From Octopus vulgaris (Eukaryota), in NCBI GenBank assembly GCA_951406725.2, contig OX597819.1:17856001-17920000 (forward strand): DNA of 64,000 nucleotides. The letters run 5' to 3'. The notes under the pieces were generated by a model. It made no database searches and was not told the origin of the DNA. It worked only from the letters and a program-made list of their open reading frames with translations. Each line of letters opens with the position of its first letter. Position 1 is the stretch's first letter. Below, piece by piece: positions 25,265 to 40,087 of this stretch. Made by a program: the position numbers and the translations under genes.

Positions 25265-26140
25265 AACAAGTCAAAAATAATGGTCGTTACATATTATTCG
25301 TTTATTGGAGCAAATTTGAATTACAGCTGTTTCCAATAGTCATTATAGTTGCATTACTCATAGGTTTACTGAATTGGTCTATTGATCAATTATGGTAAAT
25401 TGAACGACTTAAGAAAATTAATGTTACTTTCGTCAGCGCTGTTTCTAGTTACAACAAGCAGAGCACTGGAGGAATGGCTATTGTATGGAGAAGGTGGAAA
25501 GAGAAGATGGAAATATTCAAGTAGAATAGAGAACAGCGGAAAACAAGCTACAAAGGGGTGGCGGTAAGTAAGGAGATGGTATAGGAGTCATCTACTAGAA
25601 GTAGGGGAATTGTATTGCTAAATTGGGAAGAGGGGACGGTCTAAAACATGAGTGTTTGTGGTCCGGTCAGCACCCATTAGCATATTGGCATTGTATAAGA
25701 GGTTGGATTATTCTCCAACCAGTGTATTGAAATAAGATATGGGTTTTATGGACATGGTCGGTTTATGACAGTAATGTAAAATTTTTGCTATCTAGCACAG
25801 TGGGGGAATAATGTTAGAAAATAAAAGGATAATAGTTGTAGACATATTGTAGAGGCCAGGAATGGTCTTATAATCCAGGATATAAAATGCTGATAGGCTG
25901 ACAGATGTTGAGAGTATCTCCATTTCTCGTCCGACATTCCCCATACAGTAGCCATTCCTCCAGTGGTTTTGTTTATTATAACCAGAAATTGCTTGGGTCG
26001 ATCAATTTACTTTAATTGATTAATAGACCAGTTGAGTAAACCTAAAAGTAATGTACTTATAATGACTACTGGAAACAGGTGTAAGCCAAATTTGCTCCAG
26101 TAAAGAAAAAATATGCAATGACCATTATTTTTAATTCTTC
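25265..26140. repeat. Long imperfect inverted repeat (about 250-bp arms, 400-bp spacer)
   Basis: 25265-25520 vs reverse complement of 25915-26140, e.g. cactggaggaatggcta / tagccattcctccagtg. Confidence 0.85.
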
Positions 26141-26246
26141 CCCACCCACCCACCCATATATATATATATATATATATATTCATATACATACGTGTAATTC
26201 TGCGTGTGTGAGTATGACATATACATATATATACATACATACATAC

Positions 26247-26329
<83 letters not shown>

Positions 26330-26391
26330 ACTTACTTGGGAATAGAACCGTGGCGTTCAATCATATAATAATTAAAAAAATTATAATAATA

Positions 26392-26423
<32 letters not shown>

Positions 26424-26512
26424 CATATACATATATACATACTTACATATATGTACATGCTTATATATATATGCACATACTTACATATATTTGTATATAC
26501 ACATGCATATAT

Positions 26513-26837
26513 GGGTACAGGTCGTCAAAAAACGTAAACAACATGAACAACGAAATACAAAACAAGGAATACAATACAAACACAAGGAAAACGACCTATT
26601 TTTACGATCAACGAAAGAAACAAATAGAGAAATGAGACAGGCAACATAAAGAAAAATCCCTTCATCAGTTGTCCAGTTTTATCTACTCCGCTGATGAAGG
26701 GATTGTTCTTTATGTTGTCTGTCTTGTTTTCCTATTTGTGTCTTTCGCTGATCGCAAAAAAAAAGTTCGTTTCCCATGTTCTTGTATTTCTTGTTCCCGT
26801 TTTACATGTTGTTTACTTTTTGAGGTCCAGTACCCCT
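26513..26837. repeat. Fold-back of two family E tails
   Basis: gggtac...cccttcatcag / ctgatgaaggg...gtaccc with a 22-nt loop. Confidence 0.85.
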
Positions 26838-26846
26838 ATATGCATG

Positions 26847-26929
<83 letters not shown>

Positions 26930-27057
26930 GTAAGTATGTATATGTATGTATATATGCATATATATATATATATATATCTGTGTGTGTGTGTGTGTGTATG
27001 TGTGTGTATGTGCTTTTATACATATATATTATTTACATATACATGTGTATATGTGCT

Positions 27058-27089
<32 letters not shown>

Positions 27090-27092
<3 letters not shown>

Positions 27093-27250
27093 CGGGCTTC
27101 TTTCAGTTTCCATCCAACAAATCGACGCACAAACCTTTGGTCTGCGCGATGCCCTAGCAGAAGTCACTTAGTAAAGGTGTCACACAAATCGACCGAACTC
27201 GCAACCACATGGTGGTGTACCTAAATTCTTATCACTCACATACGCCACAG
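27090..27250 (-). mobile_element. SINE family B, 5' half, diverged
   Basis: gacgggcttctttcagtttcc and continued similarity to the reverse complement of 19801-19960. Confidence 0.7.
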
Positions 27251-27969
27251 GAGACACTTTGTAATACTAATACCGAAACACTTAAAACGCAATCAATTTG
27301 GCTAAAAATATTACATACAACTATAAACATAAAGTCCTGAATAATGCACTTTCATTACAGGTCGTACCATTGCACGTTATGCTATGTGTTAGCATAGAGC
27401 ATTTTATAATACCCCTAAGCGGTTACAGCCTTGAGCACCTTTGAGCGCCACAAAACTGAAGGGCGAGTGGAAAGTTGAGGTTTATGATTCTCTGAAGAGT
27501 GTAAGTCATAACATATAATATACAACATATAGAAATGCTAATTTGACCAGTGTTCATCTTACAGGCAAACTAGTGTATGTTTTATTACTGTCGTAATACA
27601 TTGAAAGGTACAAGAATTAATAAGTTGAAACTTGGCAGTTTGCAAAGATTTCACGTGTCTATAAGTTTTCAATTTCGCAGTCAAAGAGAAATGAAACAAC
27701 AACAACAAAAAAAAGACGATACACAAAATAAGCAGATTCCAATATACAGTTTATACACACACACAAACATACACACACATGGATGTATATATTCGTATAT
27801 ATATATAAATACATGTATATATATATGTGTGTGTGTGTGTATGAAATCACATAAAAATTATATATATACACATGTATATAAATATAAATACAAATATATA
27901 TACATTTATATATATGTATATAAACATACATATATAAATGTATGTATATGTACACACACACACACACAC

Positions 27970-28013
<44 letters not shown>

Positions 28014-28107
28014 CATATATACATATATGTATATATGAACGTACATATATATATCTTTATATACATATAAATTTATTTACACACACACATATGTATGAGA
28101 TATACAT

Positions 28108-28151
<44 letters not shown>

Positions 28152-28435
28152 TTATTTATATATGTATATATATATTTATTGAGGTAAGCGATTCCATACA
28201 TAGACCCAGACAGTTATTGAGGTAGACTGAGAGGTTAAGCGCGCCACCCCCACGCCTTAATGCACGCGATCACAGACGCATATACATACAATTCTAAGTG
28301 TAATGATATTTGCGGATATATACAAAACGATCGCGGATATATATGAATATACAACACGCACACATACACACATACACACACAAACATATGTACATACTCT
28401 ATATATTATATGTATATGTACATATTATATATATA

Positions 28436-28510
<75 letters not shown>

Positions 28511-29429
28511 CTAAGTGTATATTTCTGGGTGTATACCACCATAAAGAGTAGAGAAAGTGAGGAGAGAGAGGGTGTGTATGTGAGAGAGAGAGATAGAGGG
28601 AGGGAGAGAGAGAGAAGGAGAGCATGCATTTTAGGTAGTTGTAGGTAAATGCATAGATATATTGATAACGACACACAAAGACAGATAAATAGATATATAG
28701 TGAAACGGGCAGATAGTTCACAAAACACAGAGGGTGAAACTTACAGAAAGACATAATGATTGAATAATCGATTTGTAACGACATAAATCAATAGGTAGAT
28801 CGATACAGCAATAGATAGATTGCAAATCTTACATGATTGATTAAACATCAGACACATTTATAACAATTTTCCTTATTTTGTTTTGTCTCGAAATATCAAT
28901 ATTATTCACACAACACACAAACTTTCACCACACCTTGATATACACCATCCGGCCAAAACCGGTGTAGAATTTATCAAACTGGCATATTTATTGTCTTTCA
29001 GAGGTAAACTTTTTAAAATAACTATTTGCCTCATTTTCATGGGTGATTGACCGTTCCGCTTTTCACTAAACCGTGTTAGGTTGCCACCGAAATTACTGCT
29101 TAACTGCTTTCCATGGGGCAAAGTTCAATCTGATTGGAGCTAATATATTGCATTATTGATTATAAATTATTGATTAATATTCACATATGTATATATGTAT
29201 ATATTCATGTATGTGTGTTTGTATGTATGTATGTATGTATGTATGTATGTATATATGTATGTATGTATGTATGTATGTGTTTATATCTTAATATCTACAG
29301 AAGCATAGACATACACAAAGAAATGCATATAGATATTAAATATATATATATATATGTGTGTGTGTGTAGATATACATATATGATACATTATATATATATG
29401 TATAAAATTTTATGTGTTTTTATACACAT

Positions 29430-29461
<32 letters not shown>

Positions 29462-29630
29462 GCACACATACGCATACACACACAGACATATATGTATGTA
29501 TAAATCTATGAATGTATATATAATAATATAAATAATATATATATATATATATAAATATATATGTATATATATATATATGTATGTATATATATATATGTAT
29601 GTATATATATATGTGTATATATATGTATGT

Positions 29631-29675
<45 letters not shown>

Positions 29676-29904
29676 CACATATATATATATCGACAGATAG
29701 TTTGATATAATGGATATTTGCTCTGTCCGACGAGCAAATATCATAGTATTTGCCGCCTTCCCTGCCCCAAACCCAACAACTTCCGTTTTCTCTGATATTT
29801 CATGTTCTTTTTTTTCATATTTATTTATTCTAGTGTGTCTTTGATTACCAGCGTATGCAATTTTAATCTTTTGCCAGTATCTCTTGGTCTGTCTACGCAT
29901 ATAA

Positions 29905-29949
<45 letters not shown>

Positions 29950-30262
29950 CATATAAATACACACACGTATAAATAGAGAGACATGCAAATATATTTATGT
30001 AGAAATACCCCCACACATACATACATGCATAAATACATATATATATTTATTCATACGCACGCTCATAAGTACACATGCGTTCATGTACGTATGTGAAGTT
30101 AGGTGAAACGGTAGCCAGATATACCGTGCCATTTATCTGTATTCCTCTACTTTGGAGATTACTACAATTTTGGATGAAGTGAACGCCACGTTATCCTTTC
30201 TTGTTACCTACTAATTAAGCTATGTGATATGAGAAAACAGAATAAACTATGCAAAGTATATA

Positions 30263-30318
<56 letters not shown>

Positions 30319-30368
30319 ATTATATATATATATATATATATATTATTATATATATATATATATATACG

Positions 30369-30402
<34 letters not shown>

Positions 30403-30551
30403 TTTATATATAACGTATGTAGATTTAGAATTTAGCGTGATAGCTACGTTAAATCGAGTGGGTCTACGTTTCCTGCAACTTATACACTATTATTGATACA
30501 TTCATACATACATAGATACATATAAATACATACATATATACATATACATAC

Positions 30552-30590
<39 letters not shown>

Positions 30591-31032
30591 TGTGCGTGAC
30601 CATGTGTAAAGTAGGAATCTCCGTCCTTATCTATGATACGTGCATCTATTTTATTAAAAAATTGTATTAAATAATACATTCTGTTACGGGAGTATTGTAG
30701 ATCGCTTGAAGCATTGTGTATTGTTTGTAAAGAATAAAAAAATTTTGAATGGTACAACAATGCACATAATACAAACAATGGGCAAATATACCTGTTGTAA
30801 TTTAGTTATCCATAGTCTGATATGATATTTCGGTTACATTTTTTTGGACGAATATGAAGATTCCTTCCTCTTTAAATTATGCGACCACATATGTGCACGC
30901 ACATGTATACACGCACACACACAAACCCACATACATGCACACACACACGCACACGCAAATACATATAAACGCACTCACTTATGCATATATAGACACTCAT
31001 GTTTATATACCTACACATGCCTATATACATAC

Positions 31033-31085
<53 letters not shown>

Positions 31086-31088
<3 letters not shown>

Positions 31089-31275
31089 AGAGTTTACGAA
31101 AAAAAAACCAAAGACGAAGACAAGTGGTGTGCAAAACAAGCAGATGTATTAGTATAACGCTCAGTAATAGAAAAGTCTTTTACATTTCGAGCCTACGCTC
31201 TTCTACACAAAGGGACACAGAAAAAAAAACAAGGAAAAAAATGTGTGTAGTGGCTAACGATCTATCATGGCGACT
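31086..31275 (-). mobile_element. Family C hammerhead-bearing element (motif 31177-31212)
   Basis: CUUU-GUGUAGA-A-GAGC GUAG GCUC-GAAAU-GUA-AAAG. Embedded in (TA)n. Confidence 0.75.
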
Positions 31276-31277
31276 AC

Positions 31278-31327
<50 letters not shown>

Positions 31328-31549
31328 CACATATATATATATGATAATAATAAGGGTAAAATTAATTAATTAATTATTAATTAATAATTCCACCAAGTAG
31401 TGATTCGGTATGTAAAAGACCGTTATCGGTAAATTTAAACTATATTTATTATAATAAGGGTTAGGCAAAAGAATTTGCTTCACCACACACCGAACTTTAG
31501 AAAGAGCAGCCCAAAAAACTAGCTATTTCTTTTTTGTTTACATATATTG

Positions 31550-31657
<108 letters not shown>

Positions 31658-32915
31658 CACATTTGTATGTCTATATTGATGTCTATTCTTACGTATAGTT
31701 ATACATAAACTGTACAATTTGTACCTTTTTAATTATAAAACAGGTGAACATTAATTGAACATGCTATCACTATATATAATTTAAAAATTCACATTTTGCA
31801 ACATATTTGCAAAGAAATCTTCGACTGTAATTTCGAGGTGAATCTGGTCACTCGCTTTATCATTTCCACGGAGAAAAATAAAAAAAAAAGGCCTAACTCT
31901 GTGAAATCTTTGTGAAACTTTTAACTTTTGTAGTTGAAAAACACCACAGCAACAACGAAACAGCAAAAACACAAAAACAAACACCCACAAAAAAATGTGT
32001 TTCTGTGTCCAGACGTGTGCGTTTGTGAAAACGAATGAATGTTTAAACGAAATTGTATACATTTATGTGTCTCTTACTAGAATATAAAGAAAATAATCCA
32101 AAACTACATTCTAAATCTCTTTAACGGGTTAATATCAGGCAGTATATTAACTAAACACACCACAGCACAAAAGAAAGCTTCTAGAATTATTATGGCGATG
32201 GCGTCAACATTGTTACTAATATTTTATTAAATGATTCAATTTTATTGAAGCTAAAGAAATAGAGTAGGTTTCAGAAGACGCTTAGTTTTACATTATTAAT
32301 TGTTAAATTATTGTTGTTATTGCAGCTGTGCGGAATGTTTGAGTTTGTGTAGAATTTGAAAAAAAAAAAGGTTATAATTCCGTTCTAACTTCTTAGTTTT
32401 TAGTTTATTTCTTGCCGAGGACAACTCAAATTTACCAGGGAAAAATAATATATCTAGAAGGAGAAACTGCGTTTGAAGTAATTGGCGATACAATTCATAC
32501 GAATTCGGGGTCTTGTTCTCGTGTTATATGTACAGACGTACTGGTTTGACGTTGATGGTTTCTTCCTCTCCAGTTTCAGGTGTGTATAAGAATTGGTAAT
32601 TCAACAGTTAATCCATCTGCCGTGGATAGGTTTTTGCAGCTCAAGAACTATTAAACAGAGGGATTCAGAAATCCCTATTTTTACTAGTTCTTGAGCAGCA
32701 AAAAATCTGACTTTTGCTTTCTGTTGAAATTCCGTCTTTCTTTCTTTCAGAGCTGATGAAATAACCACCCATTCGGTACTCAGGTTGATCTCATCAGGTA
32801 TTTCACTCCTCACAGATTTCAAGGTTTGAGATTATAGTAGGAAGGATTATTATTGTTGTTGTTGTTGAAGTTGCTTCTGCTGCAGCTGCTGTTGTTGTTG
32901 CTTTTCTTTATAATA

Positions 32916-33070
32916 GGCGGTGAGCAGGCAGAAGGGTAAAAGCGTCGAACAAAATGTTTTGCAACATTTCTGCCGGTCTTTTACGTTCTGAGCTCAAATT
33001 CGGGCGAAGTATACATCGCCCTTCATCCTTTCGTGTTCGATAAAATGAAGTACCAGTCATGTACTAAACT
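32916..33070 (+). mobile_element. SINE family A, diverged
   Basis: ggcggtgagcaggcagaa head and cttcatcctttcgtgttcgataaaatgaagtaccag core. Confidence 0.75.
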
Positions 33071-33170
33071 TTACGTATTTACCCCGCCACACACTTCTAC
33101 CCGAGAGCCAAACTTCGAAACAATTATCATTTTGCATTATTATATTATTGTTGATTATTTTATTGTTGTA

Positions 33171-33636
33171 GTTAAGATTGTTTGCCAACATAATATGGCA
33201 GTCCTGGTTTAGGACGAATGTTGCCGTAATTTAGCCCCACGGGACATCGTGTCCAGCTGGCTACACACGATCTTTATATTTTCGAACAAGGGAATCTAGC
33301 ACCCCCACTCAGTTCAAAACAATATCTGGTATCGCTATTTCTGGGTTATTTCTCTTCACCAGCACAGAATAATTGTTCGTCTAGAGGTAACGCTGCCAAA
33401 TTCCAGTTCGAAATATATAGCTTTCAAAGTGACAACTAGTCACTTATTTATAAATTAAAAAATTACTATTTGTAAATCTCACAACGAGAGATATTCAGTA
33501 ACAGTACTTAGGAGTAAAGATTGTTTGCCAACATTCGTCCTAAACCAGGACTGCCATGTTATGTTAGCAAACAATTTTTACTACAAAGTACTGTTGCTGA
33601 ATATCTCATGTTGTGAGATTTAAAAGTAGTAATTTA
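33171..33636. repeat. Nested inverted-repeat structure
   Basis: 33460-33535 is inverted to 33561-33636, and 33171-33232 is inverted to 33530-33583. Confidence 0.85.
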
Positions 33637-34858
33637 TTATTTTATTGTTGTTCTCGTTTCATGTTTCTTCTTTTTTCCTATTATTCGAGGTTCTGAATTG
33701 TAATTCGTTTAAACTGTTTGGGAGAATAAGTTGTTTTTTTTTTACCGGAGTATGGACATTTTCAACGCTTATTTCTTATTTTATGAGCATGTATTCATAT
33801 TTTATTGTATATTTAAATAGATTCATATACAATATATTTACAGGGCACGCCCAACAAGACAACCATAGAGAATTGAATTACACACAGTATGTAAATATAC
33901 AAAAGAGAAGAAACTAACAAAATATTTCCATGAAAATTTATACATTTAGCCCCCCCACTTAACAAAAAAGTTGAAATAAAATCCAGAAGTGACATTTCTG
34001 CAGGCAACAACACAGAGTTTCTCTCGCGATACATCGAGCAAAAGTAATACAAATCACAGCAAAGGACAACTACAAAGACATTTACACACCGATATGTTTC
34101 TGAACGAAAACAATTCTATATTTTTCAACATGAGCAAATTTCATTCCAAAAGTGACACAGATGAACGAAATTGTGGGATAGCACTTCGTAACCAAAGCAA
34201 ATGCGAATCTGCCTGGGATAAAAAGCTTTTTATATATTGATATCAGATGGTGGCTGAAATTCGATGACGAAACATCGAGCAAAGATTGCTGCTTAGACAT
34301 ACTGAAAGCAGTGACATTTTCTTAATATTTATGGTGTATACCTCCAGATTTTTAATTAAATATGGGGAAAACTTATCAATTACACAAGCAATAAAAGGGA
34401 CACCACGAAAAAAGTGAAGGTGTGAAAACTTAATTTTAAGAAGAAATAATCATGTAAATGATGACAACAAACGGAGAACAGCAGTAATTCATCATAATTT
34501 TGTGGAAAGGAAAGAAAATATGATTTCAACTACGCAAACAACAAAATATAAAACAATTACTACGAGGCTTGTGATAGCAAAGACTGCTTGACAAATATAT
34601 TATAGAGGAAAGCTTAAAATGACATCTTAATAAAATCTGTTTTAGAAAATAAGTTAGGTGTTTCCGTATGCTTTCTATGACAGAATTAGTTAACTCCGTA
34701 GTCGAGGTGGGGTCAGGTGTGGGATTCAGTGATGGAGATTATGGAGGCGTTCGGCCACGTTTGAAAACAAAACACCTAATAAGAAGATGGGTTTTGTCGA
34801 GGCACCAAGAATCTACTCTATTACTTATTTAAAAACATTACAGAATATATATATATAA

Positions 34859-34948
<90 letters not shown>

Positions 34949-34950
34949 AT

Positions 34951-35098
34951 TTCTCTCTCTCCGTTTATTTCTGTGTTCCTTTATGTCGAAGAGCGTAGGC
35001 TCGAAACGTAAAAGACTTTCTCACATCCCGAGCGTTAAACTAATACATCTGTTTGTTATTTACACACGCGTCTTCGTCTTTTGTTTTTTTGTAAACTC

Positions 35099-35101
<3 letters not shown>
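34951..35101 (+). mobile_element. Family C element (motif 34979-35014)
   Basis: CUUU-AUGUCGA-A-GAGC GUAG GCUC-GAAAC-GUA-AAAG. 3' end abuts (TA)n. Confidence 0.75.
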
Positions 35102-35144
<43 letters not shown>

Positions 35145-35149
35145 ATTGA

Positions 35150-35347
35150 AAACACGGAGTAAAAAAGACAACAGGAAAGCAAGGCGAGGACGTGGTACAT
35201 GCAAAGTATTAATAAGACGCTCAGAGAAGGAAAGAAAATGTGGTTGTTTCATGTTTCGAGTAAACCTCTTCTACGGAAACAGGAGACATAGGAAAGTCGA
35301 AAAGAAAAGGAAGGAGGGGGAGAAAAATCGCCAGCAGGACCACGTGT
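35150..35347 (-). mobile_element. Family D element, sister of C (degenerate motif 35246-35280)
   Basis: GUUU-CCGUAGA-A-GAG GUUUA CUC-GAAAC-AUG-AAAC. Similar to 39480-39665. Confidence 0.6.
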
Positions 35348-35359
35348 AGTTTCATTATA

Positions 35360-35414
<55 letters not shown>

Positions 35415-35987
35415 CGGCATATATATTTACCCGTTATTAATGTTATAAAATAAAACGTTTTAGCTTTTGATAAATGAAAGTTTACTGGTTGCTTATTTAA
35501 TGACGATATTTAATGAAGATATTCTGCATATATTTACAATTCAAAATGGCCTCCTTTCCGTTCGCAGTAAAACTTAATCTTTTCTGAACGGAAATGCATG
35601 ATTTGTTATATTTAAATAATTGGAAAATGTATTTACTGCACCCGCATAATCACAAATATGCATGAATAAATACATATCAACAAATATTGACATATATAAA
35701 CAAACAGAAATATATATTATACACACCTACGCAAAAAAATACGAATGCATATATACATATACATGTATACATATATATATATATATATATATGTATAACT
35801 ACATATATTTACACTCACATATATTATGTATTCACACACACACATATACAAATATGTGTATACTACACATCCTTTCAAATATTCATATATATATATATAC
35901 TTGCATTTATATTTATGTATGTGTGTGCATGTATATATACAAGAATAGACACTCGTATATAAACCTACATACATTCATATATTTGTG

Positions 35988-36028
<41 letters not shown>

Positions 36029-36367
36029 ATATAAATATATATATATGTATATATATATATATTTATATATATATACACATGTGTCTATCGAGTTGCCCTT
36101 CATAATAACAGGATTCTTACCGAAGAGCCTACCTGAGTAAATAAATATTAAATTTATATTTTTTTGCTGAACAAGGCGAAACTGCAGTCTAAGATGAACA
36201 GAGTTAGTAAAAGTTTTTATCTTCATTTCACTAAATTTATCAAGCTTCTGTGTTTCTAGTACATACTTCGGCTTTAATCTACTTATATATGAATAATATA
36301 TGGCCGGTGCTAGAAACACCAGCGAAAATAATTAATTTTATTTTATCGCATTTTGAATTTGTTTACA

Positions 36368-36425
<58 letters not shown>

Positions 36426-36690
36426 AATTAATGCAATAAAGGGCGCCCCGATGATCCTTTCTGATTACGCAGCGTAATGCATTCGGAGCATCGATCATGG
36501 GGTTTCAAGTAACCATAATGGTGAAATGTACGTAAGATTTAATAATAATAACTTGTGTTTATCGCAATTTCTCATATATACATATATACTTACATGTATG
36601 CACGCGCTCGTGTGTATGTGTATGAATATACAATACAATATGATAAGATACATGTAATACAAACTAACATACATTCACGCGCACACGCAC

Positions 36691-36744
<54 letters not shown>

Positions 36745-37031
36745 GAGCTTTCGAAAGATGAAGCTGTGTAGAATAATACACAAAATGCAACATGTAGGCG
36801 GTAACAAGAAGTCTAGCTGATGTTTGCTTAATCCAGACATGGTACTTTTATAGAAAATGAGATATCACATAGGCCCCTTTTTTTCTCAGGCCCTTTTGCT
36901 TCCATTCGCGTCCCTTTCAACGCATATAATGCACCATTTCGGACTGTCTCCGTAAGCATGCATATTCCTTTAAGTAATCACTTTGTATAAAATCTCATGA
37001 GTACAACATTATGTATAACAGCTACTCCGTG

Positions 37032-37032
<1 letters not shown>

Positions 37033-37093
<61 letters not shown>

Positions 37094-37148
37094 TATCTAT
37101 CTATCTATCACTTATCTATCTATCTATATAGTTATGTATTTATCTATA

Positions 37149-37214
<66 letters not shown>

Positions 37215-37235
37215 CCTACCTATCTATCTATCTTA

Positions 37236-37315
<80 letters not shown>

Positions 37316-37336
37316 CCTACCTATCTATCTATCTTA

Positions 37337-37387
<51 letters not shown>

Positions 37388-37395
37388 CTCTCTAA

Positions 37396-37438
<43 letters not shown>

Positions 37439-37440
37439 CG
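37033..37440. repeat. (AATC)n/(ATCT)n/(GTCT)n compound microsatellite
   Basis: Read directly. Confidence 0.95.
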
Positions 37441-37727
37441 TATGATTTTTTCATCAGACTATCTATGTACATTTATAGGCAGACTATGAGGGAAAGAGAG
37501 AGAAAGAAATAAAGAGAGGGATAGAGGGAGATACAGAGAGAAAGAGAGAATGAGAGGGAGTGAAAGAGTTAGAGTGACAGGGAAAGAGAGGAAGAAAGAA
37601 CATGAAAGATTTTCGGTACTCTTGTATGTAGCTATAACATTCGATAAAATTATATAAAAAAGAAAAGCAACAACATGCTTAGGTACATGTCGTGAAGATA
37701 AGTATAAAAATCTGTTTCTTTGTTCCT

Positions 37728-37764
<37 letters not shown>

Positions 37765-38192
37765 TACAAACCCTCACAAACATACACGCACGCAAACACT
37801 CATACACAGTCACACACACACACATGTACATATTGACAGAGACAAGACAAAGCGATTCTACTCTAAAGCAGAAGGAATGGTGCCACATATTGGACAAAGT
37901 TAGCTGCGATTATTGGGGAAAGTTATTGTCCTACATACGATACATATGGAATCACAATAACCATGTTTCCTGAATACTGTGACGAGCAGGTGCATGTTCA
38001 TCGATTAGCTATTATGTTTGCTTATGCACACAATATATGCCTCATATATATACACATAAAAACACATGTTCCTATACGTATATTCATACAGAAATATGCA
38101 TATATATATACATTTAAAGATACATTTGTATGAGTATCTATATACGTGTATATATATGTATATAAATATATGAATGTATACGCACACTCACA

Positions 38193-38274
<82 letters not shown>

Positions 38275-39031
38275 CACACAGCACATCAAAATGCATAAAG
38301 TTGTTCTTGAATGAAATGCTTGAAGTTATAATACACGAAATTCTAAAGCTATCTACCGTTTATAACACGGCAATAAATCGATATCAACTTTACTGCTTAA
38401 AATATAATATGCATTATTATTTTTTTTTACAAGCTTCTGTAGTTGGCATATAATATTCGAATTATACACGATACCAAATGAAATAAACCACCGATATTTT
38501 TCAACTTTCGTTTGGTAATTATTTACATCGACGCCAATAGAATTTTTTCCATGAAACTCTCCGACTATTTCACGGGGAAGATTTTTTTGTTGGGGGTGAT
38601 GTGTTGGCACCCAATAAGATTTAGTATAAAATCTGTCAAATTGCGGCAAAGATTGCTGTATAGGAACAAACAGCTAATCGTACTGAGAAAGAGCATATTT
38701 ACACCGGGTTATCTCCCTTTAGAACCTCACGTTCTTATCAATTGAGGTTTACGGATCATAGCTAGATGGAGGTATTCAAGAAAATACGGTTCTATTTTAC
38801 AAAAACACATCCACGCACACTCACACGCCAAAACACAGCGTGGGCACACTAACAGGCACGTATTTTAATACGTAGGTACACAAAGACACTTGTAGTGAAA
38901 TGTACTTCTAAGCGATCATTACACAGTATAGGGATCTGTTGCTTGTACATATTCATGTAGATGTATACAAACAATAGACTTCGCAATATATATATATTAA
39001 ATCAAAATAAGTAACAGGATTTCACGTAGTA

Positions 39032-39105
39032 ACGCAGTACGAGTATTTCAAGCGGCTATATTTAATAAAGCATTAATTTAAATAAAGCGCTCTCTTCAGC
39101 TGCAC
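39032..39105 (-). ncRNA. Type I hammerhead ribozyme, canonical core
   Basis: GUGCAG-CUGAAGA-GAGCG..long stem II..CGCUU-GAAA-UACUC-GUA-CUGCGU. 6-bp stem I including 2 GU pairs. Confidence 0.75.
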
Positions 39106-39404
39106 AAATATAAAATTTCAACAGACAAGAAATATTAATATAATGTTTCTTAAATATTTCAACAGAGAAAAATGATGGAAGAAATTCATGTTGTAACCAT
39201 TGTAGTAAAAATAGCTAAGAGAATAACAGACTACAATTCTTAAAGATGCAGCATCACCAAAAGTCTAAGACTAGAATAAAGAGGAAAGTGATTTGACAGC
39301 TCCTAGCTGCCTGTTGGTCATAAATTTCTGACTGTCACAGGTACCCCTCTACCCCCCCCCCCAAAAAAAAAACAACTTTAGAAAGGTTTAATTAGTAGCA
39401 AATG

Positions 39405-39464
<60 letters not shown>

Positions 39465-39479
39465 ATCCAAACTTTAAAA

Positions 39480-39830
39480 CACAAAGAGAAAACACAACAA
39501 TGCAGGGACGTGGAACAAATATAGTATTATTGGACGCTCAGGACAGAAAGAAAGAGGGAGGGTTTAACGTTTCGAGCGGAGCTCTTCGTCGGAAACATAG
39601 GAGAAGGAAAGATACAGAGAAGGGAAGACAGAGGGAAAAAATCGCCAACGGTACTCACGCAGTCATATTTTGAATGGTTTCTTCACAAATTCGTCACAGT
39701 GGCTCGTGAGAAGCGTGAAGCGGAGTCCCTTACTGGGGAGAGAGCGCTCGGCAGCGGAGAGGAGGAGATTGGAGGGTATAGTGACAACAGTGCGAGGAAG
39801 CAGGGTGGATAAGAGTAAACAATAGCTTTA
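39480..39830 (-). mobile_element. Family D element (motif 39562-39596)
   Basis: GUUU-CCGACGA-A-GAGC UCC GCUC-GAAAC-GUU-AAAC. 3' end near (TA)n. Confidence 0.7.
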
Positions 39831-40087
39831 ATGGTTTTTCTAAAAAAAACAACAATTAATTACGGGTAGATTTCGGTAGGAACTTTTATAAAAGTTCAAT
39901 ATATATATTGTATAGAAATAAAAGGGGCAGGTAATAGGTTGCTTAGCCACATACAGAAAAATTAGAAATAGCAGTCAAAGACTGTTTATTTCTATTTTCC
40001 ACAAATGAGACTCCACATACGACATATCCCTGTAATTCACATATGCAAACCAGAAGGAAGACATAGCGAAAGCAAAGTCTAATGGTT

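Noticed and set aside
26690-26701. Complete hammerhead at CTGATGAAGGG
   Set aside because: No properly placed GAAA or stem I could be built.
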